This document shows, piece by piece, positions 20,326-28,536 of a stretch of DNA of 61,151 nt (its first letter is position 1; the number at the start of each line of letters is the position of its first letter). Below the pieces are notes generated by a model, which saw only the letters and a program-made list of their open reading frames with translations, ran no database searches and had not been told where the DNA came from. Made by a program: the position numbers and the translations under genes. Source of the stretch: Nostocaceae cyanobacterium (lineage in GTDB: Bacteria > Cyanobacteriota > Cyanobacteriia > Cyanobacteriales > Nostocaceae); assembly GCA_035299225.1 (NCBI GenBank), contig DATGXB010000028.1, positions 1 to 61,151 of the forward strand, read 5' to 3'.

Positions 20326-21675
20326 TTGTCATACCTTAACTTTACTCAGTTGGCAATGATGAAGAAAGTGCTGGCTAATAATATTTTTTTACGTAAGATT
20401 CTCAAGAATGCTAGTTGGCTGCTTGGTGGCCGAGTGATGACTGGATTAAGCAGTTTACTCTACCTAAGTTTAGTTACTCATAATCTTGGTGATACAGGAT
20501 TTGGGATGTTAGTTTTGATCCTAACTTATGTTCAAATCATTACAGATTTAACTACTTTCCAATCTTCTCAAGCACTAATTCGTTACGGTGCTATTTGTAT
20601 TGAACAGGAAAATAAATTAGCTTTACAACAGTTATTAAAGTTTACTACCATCCTTGATTTGTTAGGGGTAATAGCTGGTTTAGCGATCGCCGTTCTCATT
20701 GCTCCCTATATTGGTGTATATCTGGGATGGAATCAAGCCACAGTGAGTCAAGTGCGGTGGTATAGCTTGATTATTCTGTTTACTAGCACAGCCACCCCTA
20801 GAGGTTTATTGCAGTTGTGCGATCGCTTTGATTTACTAGCCCTACAAATTACCATTCCTACCTTAATACGAGTGTTTGGGGCGGTTTTTGCGAGTATTTT
20901 TCATGCTTCATTGTTGGTTTATTTATGGTTATGGTTTACTTCCGAAGCTTTGGGAGGATTGTTATTATTCTTTGTAGGTTGGCGAGTCGCTTGGCAACGG
21001 GAAATGCTAAAAAATATGAATTGGTCTTTCAAGAATTTAACCCAAAATCATCCCGATTTATTAAAGTTTTCCATCGTCTCTAATTTTGATTCTTCCCTAC
21101 CCATGATTATGAGACAAGCCAGCCCTTTAGTAGTAGGAATTTTTGCCACTCCCGCAGCAGCAGGACTATTTCAAGTTAGCTATGAATTATCTACCCCACT
21201 CAAAGATTTAGCGCAGATTTTGACTCAATCAGTTTATCCAGAATTAGCGCGGTTAGATAGTCAACAAAAATGGCGTTTATTTATCAATGTATTGATTAAA
21301 TCTACTTTTTTTGCCTTATTAATTGGGTTAGGAATATTGCTAATTAGTCTATTTTTTGGTAAAATAATTTTACAGTATGCCTTTGGTGAAGCGTTTATTT
21401 CTGCCCATCAAATTTTAGTATTATTGGTCATAGCAGAAGTTTTCACAATGGGAAATTGTGCTTTAGAACCAGCTTTTTATGCCATTGGTAAACCGAGTGT
21501 ACCCTTAAAAGTGAATGCTACAGCTATTTTGGGCGTTTATTTACCCTTACTGTTAATTTTAACTTCATCTTTTGGTGTAATCGGTACAGGAATAGCCACT
21601 TTATCATCTACCGCATTAATCTTTATTCTCAATTCTCTACTAATTTGGCCACAACTGCGTCGCGGGAGAAAGTAA
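20326..21675 (+). CDS. MOP-superfamily polysaccharide/lipid flippase (Wzx-like)
   Basis: 449 aa and highly hydrophobic, with about 12 predicted TM segments and a polysaccharide-biosynthesis-protein-like pattern. Divergent from the dev-like operon. Confidence 0.65.
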   Translation: MSYLNFTQLAMMKKVLANNIFLRKILKNASWLLGGRVMTGLSSLLYLSLVTHNLGDTGFGMLVLILTYVQIITDLTTFQSSQALIRYGAICIEQENKLALQQLLKFTTILDLLGVIAGLAIAVLIAPYIGVYLGWNQATVSQVRWYSLIILFTSTATPRGLLQLCDRFDLLALQITIPTLIRVFGAVFASIFHASLLVYLWLWFTSEALGGLLLFFVGWRVAWQREMLKNMNWSFKNLTQNHPDLLKFSIVSNFDSSLPMIMRQASPLVVGIFATPAAAGLFQVSYELSTPLKDLAQILTQSVYPELARLDSQQKWRLFINVLIKSTFFALLIGLGILLISLFFGKIILQYAFGEAFISAHQILVLLVIAEVFTMGNCALEPAFYAIGKPSVPLKVNATAILGVYLPLLLILTSSFGVIGTGIATLSSTALIFILNSLLIWPQLRRGRK

Positions 21676-21789
21676 TGCGGCTTTCAGCAAAGTCGAACGG
21701 GTGCAAAATGTGAGGGATTGGTGTATAGTTGAATTTGAAGAAGATAAATGACAATTAAACGATTTAAAGAAATGCGAGATTAGCAAAAG

Positions 21790-22032
21790 GTGAAACTTAT
21801 GATTGTCCCAGAACTTGAACAACAACTTTTGCAACTTTCCCCCAACGATAAACTTTATATTATCCAACTACTAGCACAAAGCCTAACTATACAAAATAAA
21901 AATAATGAAATCCTCCCAAAAGAACCAAGTAAACTTTCAGAGTTTTTTCGTCAATCTCCACTAGTAGAAGTTGCTGAAGAATTAGACCTGAGCAGAGATA
22001 CAAGTTTACCTCGTGATACTTTTATCCCATGA
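21790..22032 (+). CDS. type II antitoxin (partner of the downstream PIN toxin)
   Basis: 80 aa. Overlaps the downstream PIN gene by 4 bp (ATGA). Confidence 0.5.
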   Translation: MKLMIVPELEQQLLQLSPNDKLYIIQLLAQSLTIQNKNNEILPKEPSKLSEFFRQSPLVEVAEELDLSRDTSLPRDTFIP

Positions 22033-22451
22033 CATACCTTCTTGATACCTGCTTAATTTCTGAAATTATCGCTAAACAACCAAATCAACAAGTTTTAGAT
22101 TGGCTAGATGCTCAACTTCCAGAAACACTTTATCTTAGTGTAATCACAGTTGGCGAAATTACTAAAGGTATAAGTAAACTTCCCACATCTAAACGCAAAG
22201 AATCTCTAACAAAATGGTTAAATGAAGCCCTACCCATTCGTTTTGAAAATAGAATCTTAGGTTTGGATACTTCAACAATGATATTATGGGGAAATCTAGT
22301 TGCACAATTAGAACAAAATGGGCGACCTTTACCAGTTATGGATTCTCTAATTGCAGCCATCGCTTTGCAAAACTCTCTCTCTCTTGTTACTAGAAATGAA
22401 AAAGATTTTGCTGGCACAGGAGTTGTAATCATTAATCCCTGGTATTCTTAA
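22029..22451 (+). CDS. vapC: PIN-domain toxin VapC
   Basis: 140 aa starting MTYLLDTCLISE with a PIN fold acidic pattern (D6, E43, D102...). Confidence 0.8.
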   Translation: MTYLLDTCLISEIIAKQPNQQVLDWLDAQLPETLYLSVITVGEITKGISKLPTSKRKESLTKWLNEALPIRFENRILGLDTSTMILWGNLVAQLEQNGRPLPVMDSLIAAIALQNSLSLVTRNEKDFAGTGVVIINPWYS

Positions 22452-22511
22452 CCCAATTAAATGATTAGATATATTGATGTATAATATTAGAAACAAGTTG
22501 GATCTAAATCT

Positions 22512-23120
22512 ATGAAACTGCAAACTACTATCCAAGAAATAAAAACAGTTACCGCTTACTATACCCCAGAAGAATATTTAGAACTTGAGGAAAAAGCTGA
22601 TTTTAAAAATGAATATAGAAACGGGGAAATTATACCAATGACAGGAGGAACAACAAACCATAATAGATTGGCTGGTAATTTTTATATTTGCCTGAATTTA
22701 GCATTAAATGATTTAGAATATGAAGTTTATATTGGTGATGTAAAATTGTGGATTCCACGTTATCGGGAATTTACTTATCCTGATGTGATGGTGATTGAAG
22801 GTGAGCCTGTTTATTATGGCACAAACACTACAATAGTTACTAATCCGATATTAATTGCTGAGGTTTTATCTAAATCTACAAAAGACTATGATCGGGGTGA
22901 TAAATTTCTCTATTATCGCTCAATTCCCGAATTTAAAGAATATATTTTGATTGACCAAACTCAATATTATGTAATGCAATATGTAAAAAATGCTGAAAAT
23001 CAATGGATTTTGACAGAACATGAAACAGAAGATGCTCTATTAAATCTTTCTTCAATTAATGTGAAATTATCTTTACAGCAATTATATAAAAAAATTAATT
23101 TTCTGGAAACTATAGAATAA
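22512..23120 (+). CDS. Uma2-family (DUF820) restriction-endonuclease-like protein
   Basis: 202 aa. TPEEYLELEE...YRNGEII...GNFYICL...YPDVMV motifs characteristic of cyanobacterial Uma2 proteins. Confidence 0.75.
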   Translation: MKLQTTIQEIKTVTAYYTPEEYLELEEKADFKNEYRNGEIIPMTGGTTNHNRLAGNFYICLNLALNDLEYEVYIGDVKLWIPRYREFTYPDVMVIEGEPVYYGTNTTIVTNPILIAEVLSKSTKDYDRGDKFLYYRSIPEFKEYILIDQTQYYVMQYVKNAENQWILTEHETEDALLNLSSINVKLSLQQLYKKINFLETIE

Positions 23121-23224
23121 CTGTGGTATGGGGTGCGGAAATGTAAATCCTGATTCAGATACAGCCCGTTTCAGGTAAATGAGGTACAAATTTTTGGAAC
23201 AAACCCTTATACAAAAAGACTTTC

Positions 23225-23290
23225 AACCCTGTTCCCTGCACCGCACTGAGCGCAGTCGAAGTGTTCCCTGTTCCCTGTTCCCTACTGTAA
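23225..23290. repeat. CCCTGTT heptamer array interrupted by a 25-bp small dispersed element (23239-23263, CACCGCACTGAGCGCAGTCGAAGTG)
   Basis: The heptamer phase is broken as ccctg|element|tt. The identical 25-mer sits at the identical position in the array at 38787-38811. Confidence 0.85.
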
Positions 23291-23352
23291 TAAAAATCCT
23301 GCACATCCTTGAAAGGACATGAGGATTTATATTAATTTATTAATATCTGTAC

Positions 23353-23748
23353 CTAATCTAATTTGTGTCCAGTAAAGCGGGAATATTGTACTACTTGTGA
23401 TGGAGGTAAATTTGAAATAGCGACCATCCCTTTCAAACTTTCTTCAAAATATATCACTCCACCAATACGTTTTCCGACAAAAAAACCACCATGAATAAAT
23501 TGATATTCAGGAATGGTAACTAAAAAGAGGTTTTGGGGAGGTTCATTAAAAATCTTTTTGCTGATGATGGGTACTACATCTTCCAAAAAAGTATGTTTAA
23601 TAGGTTCTCCGATGTCGGTAAATTCTTGATGATCAGCAAAATGATCCATATAAAAATTCCAGACCTTGGACAAGTCTTTCTCTTTCTCCAGTTTTGAGTT
23701 TAGTTGTTTTAGTTTTTTAATGTCAAATACTGGTGCTGGTTGTGGCAT
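23353..23748 (-). CDS. hypothetical protein
   Basis: 131-aa ORF with no recognisable motifs. Confidence 0.4.
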   Translation of the reverse strand: MPQPAPVFDIKKLKQLNSKLEKEKDLSKVWNFYMDHFADHQEFTDIGEPIKHTFLEDVVPIISKKIFNEPPQNLFLVTIPEYQFIHGGFFVGKRIGGVIYFEESLKGMVAISNLPPSQVVQYSRFTGHKLD

Positions 23749-23953
23749 AGTTGATACATCCTTAAATTCTGTACTTCGACTTCGCGCAGTAAGCGTAATA
23801 CTATTTTACTTTAATAATGATACAAATACTGGGTAAGGGTTTAGCACTGCTTGACCCCTACGAAAAATTCATAAGTATTAGGGTTTTTGTGAATTGGTAT
23901 AAATCGTGATTCTGACAATTGCATATTTTCTGACTAATTACAAGGTTTAATGA

Positions 23954-24469
23954 TTACCACCAACGAATTTGTAAATATCCTGGTTGTTCTGTCGTTAGTT
24001 CTTCTTCTGTTTGCCAATCTGTGGGTTTATAGGTTTTAAAAACTCGATCCCAAATATCAACACCCATACCAAAATTATGATGCCATTGGTTATATTTGTG
24101 GTGGACATGGTGAACTGGCATTTTTAACCAAATACAAAGTTTGGGGTGATCGTGTTGGAGTTGATGAGCATAAGCAGAAAATACTGTATAACCTAAGCAA
24201 CCTATTAACCAACTAATTTTAATGTACCAGTTTGCATCAGCTAGTTGTAAAGCTAGAAATGTTAAAAAGATGAGAGGTAAACCACCAAGAAGATAGTCTC
24301 GAAATTCTGGGATTACTCCCTGTCCAGTTCCATCGAGGTGGTGATCAATGTGAAAGCGGCAGGTTTTGGGGAATATGTGCATCAAGCGATGTCCCCAGTA
24401 TTCAACTAGGCTGGTAATCAGCAACGCTGCGATAAAAGTAACTGTGATCTGTGCAATATTAATTAACAT
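23954..24469 (-). CDS. fatty-acid hydroxylase superfamily membrane protein (Sur2/sterol-desaturase-like)
   Basis: 171 aa and hydrophobic, with histidine boxes HRLMH, HHLDG, HQLQHDH and HHVHHKYNQWHH. Confidence 0.6.
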   Translation of the reverse strand: MLINIAQITVTFIAALLITSLVEYWGHRLMHIFPKTCRFHIDHHLDGTGQGVIPEFRDYLLGGLPLIFLTFLALQLADANWYIKISWLIGCLGYTVFSAYAHQLQHDHPKLCIWLKMPVHHVHHKYNQWHHNFGMGVDIWDRVFKTYKPTDWQTEEELTTEQPGYLQIRWW

Positions 24470-24544
24470 CGTGGGGGAAAGGGTGTAAGGTATGGTTTAA
24501 AGATTATTATTTTCTGTTGTCTATAGTATAAAAGTTTCGTTAAA

Positions 24545-26350
24545 GTGTTATCTACTTCTTTTAAATCCCTAGTTGAACTTTTGAGCGATCGCGCTCACAC
24601 CCAACCCCATGAACAGGCTTTCACTTTCCTCAAAGATGGGGAAATCGAGTCTGGTAGCCTCACCTATCAAAATTTAGACCAACAAGCACGAGCGATCGCC
24701 TCTACACTCCAATCTATCACCTCCGCAGGCGATCGCATTTTATTACTTTATCCCTTCAATGCTTGTTTAGAATTTGTTGCGGCTTTATTTGGCTGCTTAT
24801 ATGCAGGTGTGATTGCTATCCCCACCAGACCACCCCAAAACGCCGAAGAATGGGCAGATTTTAGCTTTCGTGTCCAAGAATGCCAAACAGATATTGCTTT
24901 AACTTCTGCGGCCACGATAGATAAATTAAAGGATTCATGGTTAAACTTTGCCCCAGAAAGTAAAAACCTATCTTGGATTGCAACAGATACAATTGATTTA
25001 GCTCAAGCCACAAACTGGCAACAGCCAAAAATTGATAGCGAGACTATTGGCTATTTTCAATACACCTCTGGTTCAACCGGCATTCCTAAAGCAGTGGTAA
25101 TTACTCATGGTAACGTATTACAAAACTGCGCTAATTTCCAGGAAACTTTTCCTAATTTGAAATTTCGCGGTGTAAATTGGTTGCCTTTAACCCATGATAT
25201 GGGTTTGGTGGCTGGTGTGATGCAAACCGTTTATGCTGGGGCTTTTACCGCGTTCATGTCACCAATAGCGGTGTTTCAAAATCCCTCACGTTGGATTAAA
25301 GCCGTTTCCAACTACAAAGCCACCATTAGCGGTGGGCCGAATTTTATTTATGATATTTGTGTGCAAAGGGTCAACCCCGCAGAAATTGCCGACCTGGATT
25401 TAAGTAACTGGCAAATTGCCGGGAATGGTGCTGAACCAGTGCGACCGGAAACCCTAGAACGATTTACAGAAGTATTTTCACCCTATGGCTTTCGTCAAGA
25501 AGCGTTTTATTTATCCTATGGCATGGCTGAAGCCACTTTGGTAATTTCTGGGGGTGCAGTCAATGAAACCTCAACCGTGCGATTTTTAGATGAAAAAGCT
25601 TTAGAACAAAATCGCGTGGTGTTTGTAGCCAAAGGTCAAGCGGGATCACGGACGGTAATTAATTGCGGTTGTCCCTGGCCAGGAAATCGAGTGGTAATTG
25701 TTGACCCTCAAACTTTAACACCTTGTTCACCTGATGGTGTGGGGGAAATTTGGGTACAAGGTGCGGGACTGAGTAGCAGTTATTGGCATCGGCCAGAAGA
25801 AACAGAGAAAACCTTTCAGGGTTATTTAGCAGATAGTGGTGAGGGGTCGTTTTTAAGGACTGGGGATTTAGGTTTTCTGCATCATGGCCAACTGTTTATT
25901 ACAGGTCGTCTCAAAGACATCATGATTTTTTGGGGACGTAACTTTTATCCGCAAATTTTAGAACAAACATCAGAAAAGAGTCATCCCGCTTTATCTGCTA
26001 ATGGTAGTGCGGCTTTTTCTGTGGATGTAGAGGGAGAGGAAAGATTAGTAATTGTGCAAGAGGTAAATCGTCATGCACTCCGTAAGTTAAATCCTGAACA
26101 GGTAGCCGAGATGATTGGGGCTATTCGCCAGAGTATAATTATGCAGCATTTGGTAGAAGTTTATGCGATCGCACTAATCAAACCTAGCACCCTTCCCAAA
26201 ACCACAAGCGGAAAAGTCCAACGTCGTTACTGTCGAGATTTATTTTTAACCGGAAAATTAGCATTAGTTCAACAGTGGTATTGTCCCGATTCAGAACGAT
26301 TAGATCCTACTGATTTAACAGCTGCTTTACCTGATATTGAAGATGCTTAA
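24545..26350 (+). CDS. fatty acyl-AMP ligase (FAAL)
   Basis: GTG start. 601 aa. AMP-binding core YTSGSTGIPKAVVITHGN, a FAAL-type insertion, and a C-terminal subdomain. No fused ACP. Confidence 0.85.
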   Translation: MLSTSFKSLVELLSDRAHTQPHEQAFTFLKDGEIESGSLTYQNLDQQARAIASTLQSITSAGDRILLLYPFNACLEFVAALFGCLYAGVIAIPTRPPQNAEEWADFSFRVQECQTDIALTSAATIDKLKDSWLNFAPESKNLSWIATDTIDLAQATNWQQPKIDSETIGYFQYTSGSTGIPKAVVITHGNVLQNCANFQETFPNLKFRGVNWLPLTHDMGLVAGVMQTVYAGAFTAFMSPIAVFQNPSRWIKAVSNYKATISGGPNFIYDICVQRVNPAEIADLDLSNWQIAGNGAEPVRPETLERFTEVFSPYGFRQEAFYLSYGMAEATLVISGGAVNETSTVRFLDEKALEQNRVVFVAKGQAGSRTVINCGCPWPGNRVVIVDPQTLTPCSPDGVGEIWVQGAGLSSSYWHRPEETEKTFQGYLADSGEGSFLRTGDLGFLHHGQLFITGRLKDIMIFWGRNFYPQILEQTSEKSHPALSANGSAAFSVDVEGEERLVIVQEVNRHALRKLNPEQVAEMIGAIRQSIIMQHLVEVYAIALIKPSTLPKTTSGKVQRRYCRDLFLTGKLALVQQWYCPDSERLDPTDLTAALPDIEDA

Positions 26351-26401
26351 CCCATTTTCAGATTAATACAAATAGCCAAGGGTAAAAGGGAAACTTAATT
26401 G

Positions 26402-27676
26402 ATGTCTGATACCAAAACAAAAATTTTAATTGTTTATGAACGGTCAGGAATGGGTCATGAAATCATGGCTAATATCCTGACCGAGCAAATTTTCCAAGAC
26501 CCTAACATTGAAATTTACAAATATACCATTACAGAATTATTGCAAGACCCATTAAGTGAGCTTTTAACTAAAACTTGGGTGAGTGCTTGGAACTTGTTTA
26601 TACGTCATAATTTAATCTGGTTAGCGGATGGATTAATCAATTATCTCATGCGTTTAATTTTATTACCTATTGGTGAAGTTAGTTCAGTTGCAGCCATGCA
26701 CCAAACTTTAGATAAAATTGCGCCAGATATTCTAATATGTACCGCCGATACTGCGGGAAAATGTTTAGGGAGTTGGGCTAAAGAAAAACAAATTCCCTTT
26801 TTTTTAGTGATTACAGACCTATCTATTTTTATAGATTTAGTTTCTCCCGATGCTATTCATATTTGTTACTTTCCCGAAACCGTCAAAGCTATCCAAAATT
26901 TTCCTTTTAAACTCGCTTACTGGTCTGATAATTTAACCCGTTCTAGCAAACTATCTCAGCAAATTAGTTTTATTGCTAAATACCTTTATGATTTTATCCT
27001 ATGTTATCCACAAAATCGCATTTATCGCAATATTGACCAAGATTACCAACCTCAAAATCATGCTCGTTGTCAGGTAATCGGACCCCTACGCGAAGCAAAA
27101 CATTTTACAATTAGAGAACAAAAAACCCTCCGCAAAAAATTAGAATTATCCCTAACAAATCCTTGCATTTTAATTATTAGTGGTAGTTTTGGCGGTAACT
27201 TCTGCACAAAATACTTAAAATCTTTACAAGAATTTCCTCTCAATTCTCTAGTTATAATTGTAGCTTGTGGTCGAGATGAAAATTTGCGGTTAAAGATTGA
27301 AAGAATAGCAGCAGAACAGCAAAATCTTCATATAATATCACTTGGTTTTGTAGATAATCTCCATGAATGGATGTCGGCTGTAGATGTGATTTTGGCACGT
27401 CCCTCAGCAGGAATTTTATTAGAATCTCTACTTGCTCACACACCTTTATTACTTCCCCGACAAGCAGCAGCAAACGACAGAGGAACTATCAATTTTGTAG
27501 AAAAATATCAATTAGGTGAATGCTTTAAAAATCAGCAAGATTTAAAGATAAAATTAAAGCAATTAATCGAAGAAAAAGAACTTTATCAACAGCGAATTAA
27601 AGATTTACTTAAAAATTATCCTTCTACTTTTGATGAACAACGAGAAAAATTATGCAGTATATTCTTAAAAAGATAA
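26402..27676 (+). CDS. GT-B fold glycosyltransferase (GT28 / MGDG-synthase / UgtP-like)
   Basis: 425 aa. N-terminal ILIVYERSGMGHEIMA resembles the Glyco_tran_28_N / MGDG_synth motif. The C-terminal Rossmann-like half matches too. ATG at 26402 follows an in-frame TTG at 26399. Confidence 0.5.
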   Translation: MSDTKTKILIVYERSGMGHEIMANILTEQIFQDPNIEIYKYTITELLQDPLSELLTKTWVSAWNLFIRHNLIWLADGLINYLMRLILLPIGEVSSVAAMHQTLDKIAPDILICTADTAGKCLGSWAKEKQIPFFLVITDLSIFIDLVSPDAIHICYFPETVKAIQNFPFKLAYWSDNLTRSSKLSQQISFIAKYLYDFILCYPQNRIYRNIDQDYQPQNHARCQVIGPLREAKHFTIREQKTLRKKLELSLTNPCILIISGSFGGNFCTKYLKSLQEFPLNSLVIIVACGRDENLRLKIERIAAEQQNLHIISLGFVDNLHEWMSAVDVILARPSAGILLESLLAHTPLLLPRQAAANDRGTINFVEKYQLGECFKNQQDLKIKLKQLIEEKELYQQRIKDLLKNYPSTFDEQREKLCSIFLKR

Positions 27677-28230
27677 TTTACAACACAGGAATTTAATTTT
27701 ATACAATTATTTATTAAAGTATTTTAATTATGATACAAAACCTTTCCGCAGAATTACTATATTTTTAGGGAAATACAGGCTGATCAGCATATTTCTGACT
27801 CGGAAATTAAATGATGAAAATCCAAATCCCTGCCAAATTTCTAAATTTATCATAGATAATATTTATTTTGATTGTATTGCTAGAGGTTCATTATTATTAA
27901 GACCAAAATTTATCATCATATATAATGAAAACTAAAAAACAGTAGCACAACATAAAGATAAAAGTATATAACTTCATCTATAGTTACACCTAATGATTTA
28001 ATATTGTCTAACCATAGATAGAGAATGAGTGCAGATTGACTCGATTATAGTTAGAGCAAATCTAGGTAGAATTTAACACGCTCAATTTTTTCCTAGTGAT
28101 TTTGGTTTAACTATTAAAAACCTATTTGGCAGAATTTACATTCATGTTGTGAACTCTAGATTAAACTTCAAATCAAGCCAGTAAATCTCAAGTTTCTTTC
28201 TAGAATACTGTTTCCTACTCTCATGAGGTA

Positions 28231-28297
28231 AGTAATTAGGCAGAATTAATTACTCAACTTATTTCCCTGTTCCCTGTTCCCTGTTCCCTGTTCCCTT
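28231..28297 (+). repeat. 24-bp hairpin leader (AGTAATTAGGCAGAATTAATTACT) followed by a CCCTGTT x5 array
   Basis: The same hairpin abuts heptamer arrays at 38721-38742 (+) and 36887-36908 (-) in the same relative orientation. Confidence 0.75.
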
Positions 28298-28340
28298 GCA
28301 ACACGTAGGAAATTAATTTTGCACGACTACTTACAAAATC

Positions 28341-28370
28341 ATCTGCGTTTATCTGCGTCTATCTGCGTTC
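28341..28370 (+). repeat. three tandem 10-bp units ATCTGCGTYY
   Basis: atctgcgttt atctgcgtct atctgcgttc, read directly. About 165 bp upstream of the probable start at 28537. Confidence 0.8.
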
Positions 28371-28536
28371 CATTCTTACTGCTTGTACCTCACCGGAAAA
28401 CGAGACTTTTTTAAAAATACCTAATTTTTAGGCGTGTGATCACTCTTAAAAGTTGGATTTTTCTGGACATATCGTTCCAGAAAATAGAAAGTATTTAGTT
28501 GAGATAAAATATCATCTTAAAAAATGGCAGGATAAC

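Noticed and set aside
16110-27676. Reading the dev-like exporter, FAAL, glycosyltransferases and PKS as the classical heterocyst glycolipid (hgl/dev) island
   Set aside because: The PKS here is a single FAS-like module with cMT and TE next to an AOS/KDSR pair, not the HglE/HglC/HglD multi-protein synthase set. The exporter is ordered C-A-B with a cNMP-fused ATPase. Individual components resemble hgl-island genes, but the ensemble does not match.
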